Below, piece by piece: positions 27,391 through 37,057 of a stretch of DNA of 64,000 bases. Below the pieces are notes generated by a model, which worked only from the letters and a program-made list of their open reading frames with translations, was not told where the DNA came from and did no database searches. The stretch is taken from contig CACJRY010000008.1 of the NCBI GenBank assembly GCA_902595855.1, positions 4,966 to 68,965 of the forward strand, in the 5' to 3' direction. The translations under genes were made by a program, and so were the position numbers. The DNA comes from an uncultured Alphaproteobacteria bacterium (GTDB lineage Bacteria > Pseudomonadota > Alphaproteobacteria > HIMB59 > GCA-002718135). Position 1 is the stretch's first letter, and each line of letters starts with the position of its first letter.

Positions 27391-28158
27391 TTATTTAGCT
27401 GTCCATCCCCCGTCAATAACAAGAGAGGAGCCCGTAATCATTGAGGAGGCATTTGATGCTAAATAAACAACTGCTGTAGCAATATCACTATCTGAAGCTA
27501 ATCTGCCAAGAGGAATGTTATCCATCATTGCTTTTTTAAATTTTTTATCTTTAAAGAAATTTTTTACCATCGGTGTTTCAACAAAAGTTGGGCAAATGGT
27601 ATTTACGCGGATATTATTTTTGGCTAGATCTAATGCCATGCCTCTTGTTAAACCTTCAATCCCAAATTTAGTCATATTATATATGCTTCTAATGGGGGCG
27701 CCAACTTTACCTAATTGAGATGACATATTAATAATTGATCCACCTTTAGCTTTTCTATTTTTTGATTTTAACATCACTTTTGTTGCTATTTGAGCAACAT
27801 GAAATGCAGCCTTGATGTTTAAATCGACTACATAATCCATATCTTCTTTTTTAATTTTAGTAAAATGGTCTGGTCGATTGGTTCCAGCATTATTAACCAG
27901 AACATCAAGTGAGTTTATTTGTTTAAAAACTGACTTTACTTCTGCAGCATTAGAAACATCACATTCAAAGACAGTGCATTTTCTTTTTAACTTGTTAATT
28001 TGTTTTTTAACCTTATTTAAATCTGTAAGTGTTCGACTTAAAATAATTAAATCTGCTCCTGCTTCAGCAAGAGCAATAGCTGAAGCTTTTCCAATTCCCT
28101 TCCCTGCCCCCGTTACTAAGGCAGTTTTGTTTTTGACTTCAAATTTTTGTAAATACAT
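27391..28158 (-). CDS. Short-chain dehydrogenase/reductase
   Basis: TGAGKGIGKA, NNAG and S...YNMTK (the catalytic Y-x3-K). Confidence 0.9.
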   Translation of the reverse strand: MYLQKFEVKNKTALVTGAGKGIGKASAIALAEAGADLIILSRTLTDLNKVKKQINKLKRKCTVFECDVSNAAEVKSVFKQINSLDVLVNNAGTNRPDHFTKIKKEDMDYVVDLNIKAAFHVAQIATKVMLKSKNRKAKGGSIINMSSQLGKVGAPIRSIYNMTKFGIEGLTRGMALDLAKNNIRVNTICPTFVETPMVKNFFKDKKFKKAMMDNIPLGRLASDSDIATAVVYLASNASSMITGSSLVIDGGWTAK

Positions 28159-28193
28159 TTCTTCTATATCAAGATTTATTGATAGCTTTGCAA

Positions 28194-28850
28194 CTAATTA
28201 AAAATAGAAGTATCTAATTTTAGCATTATTTTAGAGCAAAAATCATAATTATCCTCTTCATGAAATGAACCAGGAAAAGCGATACATGAAATTTTTGCAT
28301 GATGAGCCGATAAGGCACTTTCTCTAGAATCTTCAATAGCAATACATTTATTAGGCTCAATGTTGAGTTTTTTGATTGCCTCTATATAAATATCAGAATG
28401 AGGTTTAGGATTTTGTACCATTGTATTGTTACCAACAAAATCAAAATCTTCCTCACTAAAATAATTTTTTAATGCCAAAAAAACCGAGTTAACATTGTCT
28501 TTTGTTGTAGATGTTACAAATCCTAACTTAAATTGATTTTTTTTTGCATATTCAATAACATCGATAACACCTTGCCTTGGCATGAGTTGTTCAGTCAATA
28601 ATTTTTGATTAAAAATTTCTGTTTTTCTCTCTCTAATTTTTTGAGCTTCAACTGTTGTATTATTTTTTTCTGCAAAATCCTCTATTCTTTTTGTTCCACC
28701 AGATTGTTTGAGCAATAATCTGTAATCTTCTTGATCCCAATACCAATCAAGACCAGCTTCTTTAAAAGCTTCATTGAATGATTCTCTTTGTAAATCTGAT
28801 GTTTCAATTAACGTTCCAATAGAACCAAAAAATAATGAATTATATTTCAT
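28194..28850 (-). CDS. HAD-superfamily CbbY-like protein with a degenerate motif I (no nucleophile Asp)
   Basis: Motifs II-IV are recognisable (FVTSTT, NPKPHSDIY, AIEDS), as is the CbbY-like block GLDWYWDQEDYRLLLKQSGGTKRI. Motif I reads FFGSIGTL instead of FDxDGTL. Confidence 0.75.
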   Translation of the reverse strand: MKYNSLFFGSIGTLIETSDLQRESFNEAFKEAGLDWYWDQEDYRLLLKQSGGTKRIEDFAEKNNTTVEAQKIRERKTEIFNQKLLTEQLMPRQGVIDVIEYAKKNQFKLGFVTSTTKDNVNSVFLALKNYFSEEDFDFVGNNTMVQNPKPHSDIYIEAIKKLNIEPNKCIAIEDSRESALSAHHAKISCIAFPGSFHEEDNYDFCSKIMLKLDTSIFN

Positions 28851-28888
28851 AATAGATAATTAGTTTTAAAAGTTTGAAAGCTAAACAT

Positions 28889-29770
28889 TTATCCCTTTAC
28901 TGCCCCTGCAGTTAAACCACTAATTAATTGACGTTGAAAAAACATTATAATCATAAATAGTGGAGCAGTAGCTGATACTACACTTGATACTGCCCACATA
29001 TAATTTCCACTATGTTCAATCGTGCCTAAATATGCATTTATTTTTGGAACCATAGTATAATTTTGTTGGTTAAGAAGAAGTGACGTAACTGTAAAGTCAT
29101 TATAAGCGAGCATCATACTAAACAACCCTGCAGTCACAACTCCGGGCCACATAACTGGCATTATGACATAACGAAATGCTTGAAAATAACTACAACCATC
29201 AATCAATGCACTTTCATCAAGTTCTTTAGGAACAGTTTTAAAAAAAGAGTATAATAACCACAAAGTGAAAGGTTGATTAATAGCAACTAAAACAATTATT
29301 GTAGTTGGGAGAATTCCCCAAACATTCAATTGAAAGAAGGGAAATAAATAACCAGACACTAAGGTAATATGAGGCATTGCTCTAAATATTAGAGCAGCTA
29401 TTAAAATCCAAAAGGTATATTTATATGTTGATCTAGACAATGCATAAGCGCCAAGAGTTCCAAGAAATAAAGAAATCGCTACAACAGATACAGTAATTAT
29501 GATTGTATTCATTGCAGCTTTCCAGAACTCACCTTCAGTCCAAGACTCTACGTATGCTTTAACTGTTGAAGTGTCTCCTGTTTCAATAAGAGTATTGACA
29601 CCTGTTACAGCAAACATCCAGTCAGCTCTTGAAAAAAAGTCAGCTTTTACTTTAAAAGAACCCCAAAATGTCCATATAAATGGGAAAACAGAAATTACTA
29701 ACCAGACTATTATAAACAAACTATTAAATATAATTAGTTGTTTTGAATATCTATTAATTTTTGACTCCAT
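28889..29770 (-). CDS. Carbohydrate-type ABC permease (MalG/UgpE-like)
   Basis: 293 aa, 6 TM. EAA-loop-like ESALIDGCSYFQAFRYVIMP. Confidence 0.85.
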   Translation of the reverse strand: MESKINRYSKQLIIFNSLFIIVWLVISVFPFIWTFWGSFKVKADFFSRADWMFAVTGVNTLIETGDTSTVKAYVESWTEGEFWKAAMNTIIITVSVVAISLFLGTLGAYALSRSTYKYTFWILIAALIFRAMPHITLVSGYLFPFFQLNVWGILPTTIIVLVAINQPFTLWLLYSFFKTVPKELDESALIDGCSYFQAFRYVIMPVMWPGVVTAGLFSMMLAYNDFTVTSLLLNQQNYTMVPKINAYLGTIEHSGNYMWAVSSVVSATAPLFMIIMFFQRQLISGLTAGAVKG

Positions 29771-29771
29771 A

Positions 29772-30800
29772 TTATCTTTCTGTTCTAAACTCTCTCCAAG
29801 TTCTAATTAAAACTGGTGTTAATAAAAATGCTACACCTATAATAGTTAACATAGATGTGGCGCCAGCAGATCCAAACAACATTTTATTTTCACTTCTTAA
29901 GTCATTGTAAATCATCCAAGAGAGTGATTGAGCAACTCCCTCTGCAGCAAAACCAATTATAGGTTCAAGCACTCTAAAATTATCCATGAGACAAATTAAT
30001 ATAATAAATGTTGCGACTGGATAAAGATGTGGAATAACTATATGTCTTACCCTTTCATATCTAGTAGCCCCATCTATGATTGCCGCTTCGATCGGATCTT
30101 GAGGTACAGTTTGTAATGCAGCATAAAATACTACAAATGCAAAAGGCGTATTGTGCCATATCCCATATATAATTAATGTAATCCATGTTAATTGACTTGA
30201 TGATTTTAAGGATAAATTTGGATCATCAAACAAATATTGAATTGTTGCTCCTAAGATCCCTTTTGCATCTATCATCCAGAATAAAACGAGTGATCCAATT
30301 AATGGCGTAACAATCATTGGGAGAATAACACCAAAAATAGTTGGCCCTTTCAGACTTTTTGTAATGGTATTAATACTCAAGGCGACAATGAAACCTAAAA
30401 CTACTACTGGGGGTGTTACAGCAAAACAAAATGTAAGCGTAAATAAGAGCGCTTTATAAAAAGGTAGATTCAGCAAAATATCTGTAAACTCAGCCATTGA
30501 AGAAGAATTACTCCAAGCCTCTTTAATTTCATCAAAAGCTAAATGATTTCTATCTCCATATGTTCCTAATCCATTAAATCTTCCAAGAGGTTGTTCCTCT
30601 TGTAGTTTTGAAGTGGCCTCAATATCTACTTTAGTTTCAGTTTTACACCCAAATGGATCACATTTTTCTACTTCCATTAAAATTTGTTCAGGCTCGATAT
30701 GCAGTGATTGAAAAAAGCTTGAGATGATTGGAAGACCTATAAACAATAGCATGGCCAAGCCACTTGGAAAGAAAAACCAAAAAAATGTTCTATGAGGCAT
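29772..30800 (-). CDS. Carbohydrate-type ABC permease (MalF/UgpA-like) with an extended periplasmic loop
   Basis: 342 aa. EAA-loop-like EAAIIDGATRYERVRHIVIP. Confidence 0.85.
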   Translation of the reverse strand: MPHRTFFWFFFPSGLAMLLFIGLPIISSFFQSLHIEPEQILMEVEKCDPFGCKTETKVDIEATSKLQEEQPLGRFNGLGTYGDRNHLAFDEIKEAWSNSSSMAEFTDILLNLPFYKALLFTLTFCFAVTPPVVVLGFIVALSINTITKSLKGPTIFGVILPMIVTPLIGSLVLFWMIDAKGILGATIQYLFDDPNLSLKSSSQLTWITLIIYGIWHNTPFAFVVFYAALQTVPQDPIEAAIIDGATRYERVRHIVIPHLYPVATFIILICLMDNFRVLEPIIGFAAEGVAQSLSWMIYNDLRSENKMLFGSAGATSMLTIIGVAFLLTPVLIRTWREFRTER

Positions 30801-30812
30801 TTAAATCTTATT

Positions 30813-30846
30813 AAAAAAAAAGTGGAACATAATTATGTTCCACTTT
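30813..30846 (-). terminator. Rho-independent terminator/attenuator after the sugar-type SBP gene
   Basis: aaagtggaacat (30819-30830) pairs with atgttccacttt (30835-30846) around a 4-nt loop. A U-run follows on the minus transcript (plus-strand A-run 30813-30818). Confidence 0.75.
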
Positions 30847-30866
30847 ATCATATTTAATTATAAGGT

Positions 30867-32102
30867 TTATAGAAAACCTTGCTCAGTAGCTTTTGCTACA
30901 TAAGCAGCTTCTACATCAGCTAATGCTTTTTCTGCAGACTCATTACCTTGAAGGAATTCAACAAGTTCTGTACTTAAAGCACCATGTAATAAAGCCATGT
31001 ATGGTAAGCTTGGATAAGGTGTTGCACCTCTATTAGCAGCGTCAACAACTGGTCCAGCAGTATCTCCTGGAGTATAGCCATCAATTAACCAAATTGTTGC
31101 ATTTGGATTAGCGTTTGCCATCTCTGTTGAAGTTGCTGCACCTAGAAGAGCTCTAAATGATGCTTCTGCATTCGCATCAGAAGTATTTGTTGCGATACCA
31201 AATCCATCCCACCAAAGAGTAGTAGCAGGTTTACTTCCACCACCAACTGTTGGAGAATTAGCGAGTCTAGTATCTGCTTTAATCATTTGATCGCCTTCAT
31301 CATCTAATAATGATGCTGCACCAGAGTTCCAGACGTGCATTAATGCCACATTACCTGACTCCCATTCTTCTTTAACTGCATTTGTATCTTGAGTTAAAAA
31401 GTCTGGGTTACTAACTTCTGTTAATCTTTTAAGCATATTAAGAGCAGCTACACCTTTGTCATTATTGACACTTACTTCTGCAGTTCCTGCTTTGAAAAAA
31501 TCACCTCCATGACCCAGATACATATTTACAAACTCTTGACCAAGGTTCCAACCAGATTTGAAAGCTCCAGCATATGGGTTAGCCATTTTGCCAGAAGCCT
31601 TAATTTTTTCTGCAGCTGCAATTACTTCTTCATAAGTTGAAGGAACAGCGATACCTAAATCATTAAGAATGCTTTCTCTATACCAAAGATGCTGTGCATT
31701 AGCCATAAAAGCTATTGCATATATCTTGCCATCAATCACAATTTTTTGATTGTCTTGTAATGCACTTCCATATTTAGCAACTAAATCATCAAGTGGACGA
31801 ATTAAGTTATCATTCATTAAAGTTGTAATTGAACCATTTGTAACAAGTTTTGCAGAGAACTCAGCTGGGTTAGCTGAAAGTGCTGCAACTTGAAGTTTAT
31901 TATGATCAACAGAATGTGTTACAGAAAAATCTGCTCCATCTCCTGCGCAACTTTTTACTTCATCCATGAAAATTCTGTATGTTGTAAATTCGTTAGCTAA
32001 AATCTTTATTGTTCCATCTGTTACTCCACAAGGTGAGTGACCATCAGCGTATGCACCTGTGCTTACAAAAGAGAATAATAAAGCTATTAATAGTTTTTTC
32101 AT
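30867..32102 (-). CDS. Family-1 (carbohydrate-type) extracellular solute-binding protein
   Basis: 411 aa with a signal peptide (MKKLLIALLFSFVSTGAYA). First gene of the operon. Confidence 0.85.
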   Translation of the reverse strand: MKKLLIALLFSFVSTGAYADGHSPCGVTDGTIKILANEFTTYRIFMDEVKSCAGDGADFSVTHSVDHNKLQVAALSANPAEFSAKLVTNGSITTLMNDNLIRPLDDLVAKYGSALQDNQKIVIDGKIYAIAFMANAQHLWYRESILNDLGIAVPSTYEEVIAAAEKIKASGKMANPYAGAFKSGWNLGQEFVNMYLGHGGDFFKAGTAEVSVNNDKGVAALNMLKRLTEVSNPDFLTQDTNAVKEEWESGNVALMHVWNSGAASLLDDEGDQMIKADTRLANSPTVGGGSKPATTLWWDGFGIATNTSDANAEASFRALLGAATSTEMANANPNATIWLIDGYTPGDTAGPVVDAANRGATPYPSLPYMALLHGALSTELVEFLQGNESAEKALADVEAAYVAKATEQGFL

Positions 32103-32125
32103 ATATTTCCCCTTATTAATTAAAG

Positions 32126-32138
32126 TGTGAAATTCACA
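32126..32138. promoter_or_regulatory. 13-bp perfect palindrome TGTGAAATTCACA, candidate operator
   Basis: Read directly. It lies 24-36 nt upstream of the SBP ATG (32102) in the spacer shared with the divergent LacI gene. A second dyad, TGAATtagtATTCA, lies at 32188-32201. Confidence 0.35.
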
Positions 32139-32234
32139 TTTATGTATAAATGCTTTATATTAGCTTTATAAAAATATTGCAATAATATGAATTAGTATTC
32201 AATACTTTGCATAATTTAAACAGGGGATAAAACC

Positions 32235-33239
32235 ATGAATTTTAGTAAAACTGCGACATCACAAGACGTAGCAAAACTAGCTGGAGTATCTCAATCTGCT
32301 GTTTCTCGCTGTTTTACCAAAGGAGCAAGTATTTCAAGTAGGACAAAATTAAGAGTATTAGAAGCTGCAAAGAAATTAAAATATAAAGCTCCTAATATTG
32401 CTAATGGTATAGTAACAAATGAAGATAGTGGCTTAGTGGCCGTTATCCTTCCATATGTAACCAGCAGATATTATCCCGAGGTGCTAGTTGAATTACATGA
32501 AGCTTTAAGATTAGGTGGTTTTAGAATTCTTTTAATTACCACAGATGATGGTGAAGAGTTAGATGAAAAACTTATACAACCATATTTAAAAGAAAAATTG
32601 ATCGCAATTGTATCAGCAACTAAACCAACTGATAATTTTATAGAAAGTTGCAATGCAAAAAGAATTCAATTCATTGCCTATAATAGATCATGGAATATAC
32701 CAACTTTAAGTTCAGTTGCATGTGATCACAAAAATGGTGGTCAAATGGTAGCTGAATATTTTATAAAAAATAAACATCAAACAATTGGATTAATTGAGGG
32801 TCCTAAGGGATCATTTGTAAGCGATGAAAGATCAAAAGGTTTTAAACAATACTTAAAAAGTTTTAAAAAAATAAAACTATTTTTTGAAAAAGGTTTTTTT
32901 ACTTATGATGGAGGCTATCAAGCTACAGAAAAAATTTTGAAAAACAAAAACATCACAGCTATTTTTTGTGCTGATGATACAATGGCTTTTGGAAGTATGG
33001 ATTATATTAAAGAAAATACAAATTTAAAAATACCGAAAGAAATTGAGTTAATAGGCTTTGATGACATTTCCATGTCAAATTGGAAATCTTACGATCTTAC
33101 AACTGTTAGACAGCCAATTAGACAAATGTCCAAATTAGTAACTCAGTTAATTGATGAATACATAAAAGACCCTGATTATGAAGCGATTAACCATATTGTT
33201 CAGGGTAGATTAATTAAAAGAAAAACAACAAATAATTAA
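32235..33239 (+). CDS. LacI/GalR-family transcriptional regulator
   Basis: N-terminal HTH ATSQDVAKLAGVSQSAVSRCF followed by a periplasmic-binding-protein-like effector domain. Confidence 0.9.
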   Translation: MNFSKTATSQDVAKLAGVSQSAVSRCFTKGASISSRTKLRVLEAAKKLKYKAPNIANGIVTNEDSGLVAVILPYVTSRYYPEVLVELHEALRLGGFRILLITTDDGEELDEKLIQPYLKEKLIAIVSATKPTDNFIESCNAKRIQFIAYNRSWNIPTLSSVACDHKNGGQMVAEYFIKNKHQTIGLIEGPKGSFVSDERSKGFKQYLKSFKKIKLFFEKGFFTYDGGYQATEKILKNKNITAIFCADDTMAFGSMDYIKENTNLKIPKEIELIGFDDISMSNWKSYDLTTVRQPIRQMSKLVTQLIDEYIKDPDYEAINHIVQGRLIKRKTTNN

Positions 33240-33257
33240 TTAAATTAGGATTAATAT

Positions 33258-33677
33258 TTATTTAAATTTTAAACCCATTTGTTCAAACACGCCGTGGTTA
33301 TCAACCATTACGTAATTATCTAAAAACTTTCCCTCTTTAATAGTCCAAAAATCTGAAAATTGCATTTTAATTGCTTTTCCAGTAGGCTCTACTCCAAGGT
33401 ATTTACCGCTATGTGTACCTGTTAAAAATCCTGTTGCACTTATCCACTCACCTTCAGCAACGACAATATCATTTTTTACATGATAATCTGGAAATGCTTC
33501 ATAAAAAGGTTTTAGAACTTTATATTTAAAATTTTCTATACCATGGATATCACCAAAACCTGGAGGGCCATGCCAAACCATATTATCATGCCAATATTTA
33601 TGTTGGGCTTCTAGATCTTGATCATTGAGTGCATCATACATATCAGCTAATAATTTTTTATTCTCATCAACAGTCAT
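33258..33677 (-). CDS. Single-domain SnoaL-like (NTF2-fold, ester-cyclase type) protein
   Basis: 139 aa. NKKLLADMYDALN..D, MVWHGPPGFGDIHGIENF, FPDY, and GTHSGKYLGVEPTGKAIKMQFSDFWTIKEGKFLDNYVMVD. This matches my recollection of the COG5485/SnoaL pattern. Confidence 0.75.
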   Translation of the reverse strand: MTVDENKKLLADMYDALNDQDLEAQHKYWHDNMVWHGPPGFGDIHGIENFKYKVLKPFYEAFPDYHVKNDIVVAEGEWISATGFLTGTHSGKYLGVEPTGKAIKMQFSDFWTIKEGKFLDNYVMVDNHGVFEQMGLKFK

Positions 33678-34813
33678 TTTTTATCTCCTAAAATTTGCAT
33701 TAGAATTGCAAGCTCATTAAAACCAGTCCACTCTCTAATAATTTTATTATTTTTAATTTCCCATTGAGTAATGCCCCAAAGATAAACTTCTCTATTAGTT
33801 GGTTGGCCATATGAACCATTTCCTTTATGAGTTCCTATTCCACCCCAACGCACCGATACTAAATAACCATCTTTACTATTTCCCATCCAGTATAAATCTT
33901 CAATACTCAGTGCAAGATCAGGAAATGAAGCTAACATTGATATTATAAATTTTCTTAATTGCAAAACTCCTTTAAATTTACGACCAGTTGAGCCTTCAAA
34001 TTCTACATTACTAGAGTATGCTTTATTTATTGCAGAAAAGTTTCGTCTATTCCAAATAGTATCATAAACTGCATGAACAAACTCTCTTACATTTTTAATT
34101 TTATCAGGAATATCAAAACTAATTGGTTTTAATTTAGTAATATTTCTTTTTGGCTTAGAGTTTTTAAAATGAGGGGCATATGGTCCTGCAATTCCTTCAT
34201 CAACAAGTTGTTTAGCAACTTGATTTAAATCTAATCCAAGCTGTTTAATTAAACCTGCTGTATCGTAGACAACATTTTCGTAATAAATTTCATTATTTTT
34301 TGCTACACAATTTGCAATACAAAATAATCTTACTTTTTTTCCAGTTGGTTTAGAAAATTTACTAAATCCCGTATTTGTTCCGGTAATAATTGTTCTATGC
34401 GAAGTATGAAAACTTATATTTTGATCTCCTGCCCAAATAACTTCATCAGCGAATAATCTAATATCTGGGAAGGCATTATTCGTGTGTACAGTATCAGCTA
34501 CTATTTTTTCAGATCCCGATTGCAAACCAAATTCATCCCAAACTCTACAATCTTTACTATATGTATCATAGATATATCCAATATTTTTTTCTTCCCATAT
34601 TTGATAGGTAATCCTCACAATATAATCTATGATATTTTTATATTGGGCTTCAAATCCCATCATTGATTGATGTTTAAGTTTTTTTGGTTTTGGATTTAAT
34701 GATTTAGCTGTTCCTCCCCCTCCATATGCTTTTAATGAAATATCATAACTCTTAGGCATATGATGATCTTTAAGGCCTTCTGGTCTTTTGTCTGTAATTT
34801 TATTAAATTTCAT
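33674..34813 (-). CDS. Tandem NTF2/SnoaL-like protein, type 1, copy A
   Basis: 379 aa. It aligns by eye with 37058..38050 (DYIVRITYQIWEE vs DYILKITYQIWEN; KPTGKKVRLF vs KATGKKLYYR; C-terminal FPD...G.HKG.G..G). It has a unique ~50-aa N-terminal extension, so an internal start at 34663 is possible. Confidence 0.7.
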   Translation of the reverse strand: MKFNKITDKRPEGLKDHHMPKSYDISLKAYGGGGTAKSLNPKPKKLKHQSMMGFEAQYKNIIDYIVRITYQIWEEKNIGYIYDTYSKDCRVWDEFGLQSGSEKIVADTVHTNNAFPDIRLFADEVIWAGDQNISFHTSHRTIITGTNTGFSKFSKPTGKKVRLFCIANCVAKNNEIYYENVVYDTAGLIKQLGLDLNQVAKQLVDEGIAGPYAPHFKNSKPKRNITKLKPISFDIPDKIKNVREFVHAVYDTIWNRRNFSAINKAYSSNVEFEGSTGRKFKGVLQLRKFIISMLASFPDLALSIEDLYWMGNSKDGYLVSVRWGGIGTHKGNGSYGQPTNREVYLWGITQWEIKNNKIIREWTGFNELAILMQILGDKK

Positions 34814-34858
34814 ATTTTGTATTTGTTATGAGATACATTTAAAAATATTTCAAAGCAA

Positions 34859-34886
34859 TGAAATTTTATTCAAAAAAATGAATATT
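34859..34886. promoter_or_regulatory. Dyad motif TGAAAttttATTCAaaaaaaTGAATATT in the divergent promoter of SnoaL module A
   Basis: Read directly. A near-identical arrangement occurs at 39041-39069. Confidence 0.4.
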
Positions 34887-34920
34887 GTCTTTTTTAGTTT
34901 ATTAATATAATCAAAATGCA

Positions 34921-35925
34921 ATGACTGATCTCCAAGCAGAAAAAAAATTAGTATTAGATTATTTCAATGAAATAGATAGTTGCAACATTGATTCATTATC
35001 TGAAGTTATATCCAGATACGCATCAGAAGATTTTAGTATGAAATGTACCCACCCATTCAACGAACTAATTAGTATAGATCTTGTTGCTAATAATCTTTGG
35101 AAACCAATTAAAGATTCATTTTCACCTATACAACGTCGATTAGATATATTTTATGCTGGGATAAATTCACTAGATAAAAATAAAGGGAAATGGATCTCCA
35201 GTATGGGTCATTTCATGGGTGTTTTCAATAAACCGTTTGTAGGCCTTAAACCAAATAATAAATCAATTTTATTAAGATTTGCAGAATTTTACAAAGTGGA
35301 AAATAACAAAATTACTGAAGGAGCTATTTTTTTAGATATAATGAATTTAATGCAGCAACTAGGTCTTTCTATAATTCCTGAATCTACAGGTCTTGTTTGT
35401 GTAACACCTGGACCAATGAATCATAAAGGTTTGAAATTTGATATTTCTAATGAAAGTGAAAGTCAAAAAACATTAGATTTAATTCATAGAATGCGCGATC
35501 GACTTGTTAAAGGATCCAAAATGCAATCCTACAAAGAAGAATTAGAATTGGATTGGCATAAAGATATGATTTGGTGGGGGCCTGGAGGCATTGGAGCTTC
35601 ATATACTATTGATGGCTATCAAAAAGGTCACACTAAACCATTTCAAGATGGCTTAGAGTTTGTTCGTTTCAATGGACATATACTTAGTAGTTCTGAAGAT
35701 GATCTAGGTGGTTGGTTTGGTTGGCCAAATTTAATTATGAAACCTAAAGGAGAGTATTTGGGCTTAACAAATGCTAGTAATATTGAGTCAGAAATGAGAG
35801 TAGTAGATTTATATCGAAGAGACGGAGATAAATTAGCTGAAAATTGGATCTTTATTGATCATTTACATTTTTTAAAAAAACTAGGTGTGGATCTTTTAGA
35901 AAGAGCAAAATTTTTAAATCAGTAA
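34921..35925 (+). CDS. Tandem NTF2/SnoaL-like protein, type 2, copy A
   Basis: 334 aa. It aligns by eye with 39125..40219 (VGLKPNNKSILLRFAEFYKVENNKI vs LGVKPTNKTIYLRTCEAHQITNNKI; MIWWGPGGIGASYTIDGY vs MMWYGPSGIGTARGLDGF). Confidence 0.7.
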   Translation: MTDLQAEKKLVLDYFNEIDSCNIDSLSEVISRYASEDFSMKCTHPFNELISIDLVANNLWKPIKDSFSPIQRRLDIFYAGINSLDKNKGKWISSMGHFMGVFNKPFVGLKPNNKSILLRFAEFYKVENNKITEGAIFLDIMNLMQQLGLSIIPESTGLVCVTPGPMNHKGLKFDISNESESQKTLDLIHRMRDRLVKGSKMQSYKEELELDWHKDMIWWGPGGIGASYTIDGYQKGHTKPFQDGLEFVRFNGHILSSSEDDLGGWFGWPNLIMKPKGEYLGLTNASNIESEMRVVDLYRRDGDKLAENWIFIDHLHFLKKLGVDLLERAKFLNQ

Positions 35926-37053
35926 TTAGACAACTTTTGAGGCAAGTTTAGTGCCTTCAACTAATGCATGAAGCTTTTCATAACAAATTTTTTCATCAAT
36001 TTTTCCAAAGCCAGCAAATGTACTAAAACCACAATCTGTCCCTGCCATTAATTGATCTTTTGGAATTACTGTAGAAAATTGAATTAATCTATCTGCAACA
36101 ACTTCTGGATGTTCAACAAAATTAGAGGTTGAGTCAATTACACCAGGTACCAGCACTTTATCTTTTGGTAGTTTTATATCTTGAAAAACTTTCCATTCAT
36201 GTGAATGCCTAGGATTAGAGGATTCAATTAGAAAATATTTTATTTTCGATTTCAAAATTATAGGTAATATTTTTTCTAGAGCAATATCGTGTGTGTGAGG
36301 CCCTTCATAATTGCCCCAACATATATGCATTCTAGTTTTTTCAACATCAACATTAGATAATGCTGAGTTTAGGCATTCAATTTGTAGTTCTGCACGTTTA
36401 ATAAATTCATCTTCAGATAAATTTTTAAAATTCATATGTCTTGCTAAAGCAAGATCTGGGCAATCTAACTGAACTTGGATATCTGATTTTGTTATAACCT
36501 CATATTCTTTAGCCATAATATTAGATAATTTTTCCAAATATTCATCTTCGGTACTGTAAAATTTATTCGGCATAAAAACATTTATAACACCAGGTGATGC
36601 TGAGTTCATAAATGCATGTCGGTGATTTAGTTTATCAAGTGAATTTTTAAAATTATTTATATCCTGTAGAAGAGACTTTTCATCTTTTACTTTTAATTCG
36701 TTTGTACAACATGGTCTGGTATAAGTTGGTGTGCCACCACTTTTAGCAATCTTTTCTTTATATTCTGGAAAATCATCAAGATCAGCGGGTGCTCTTCTTT
36801 CGCTTTCACCTGAGAACCCATCAATTCTGTCTTTAATATATGTAGCGTAGCTAATTTTACTCATCTCCCCATCGCTGACAAAATCAATTCCAACATCAAG
36901 TTGTCTCTTAACAACACTTTCCACGTTGTTTTTTAATACTTCATCAAAACTACTTTGACTAAATTTCTCTCCTTTATCTTTTGCAAATAAAAATTCTGAG
37001 AGTTCTTTTGATCTAGGAAGGCTTCCAACATGTGTTGTCAAAATATTAGACAT
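35926..37053 (-). CDS. Cobalamin-independent methionine-synthase-II-like family protein (about 375-aa type)
   Basis: THVGSLPRS, VSDGEMSK, HICWGNYEGPH and GTDCGF (Zn-ligand pattern of the MetE C-terminal fold). Confidence 0.75.
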   Translation of the reverse strand: MSNILTTHVGSLPRSKELSEFLFAKDKGEKFSQSSFDEVLKNNVESVVKRQLDVGIDFVSDGEMSKISYATYIKDRIDGFSGESERRAPADLDDFPEYKEKIAKSGGTPTYTRPCCTNELKVKDEKSLLQDINNFKNSLDKLNHRHAFMNSASPGVINVFMPNKFYSTEDEYLEKLSNIMAKEYEVITKSDIQVQLDCPDLALARHMNFKNLSEDEFIKRAELQIECLNSALSNVDVEKTRMHICWGNYEGPHTHDIALEKILPIILKSKIKYFLIESSNPRHSHEWKVFQDIKLPKDKVLVPGVIDSTSNFVEHPEVVADRLIQFSTVIPKDQLMAGTDCGFSTFAGFGKIDEKICYEKLHALVEGTKLASKVV

Positions 37054-37057
37054 TAAA

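Noticed and set aside
32188-32201. Interpreting the TGAAT-N4-ATTCA dyads (also at 34859..34872 and 39041..39054) as ArgR ARG boxes.
   Set aside because: The core resembles the enterobacterial ARG-box consensus. But no arginine genes are regulated here, I cannot confirm an ArgR homologue, and TGAAT/ATTCA pentamers are expected fairly often in DNA this AT-rich. I kept the sites only as generic candidate operators.
33674-34813. An alternative internal start (ATG at 34663) for the 379-aa tandem SnoaL protein, based on its alignment with the 330-aa paralogue.
   Set aside because: Not adopted. It would create a 257-bp spacer, which is atypical for this genome, and the upstream 50 codons are open. 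Left as an uncertainty in the feature evidence.
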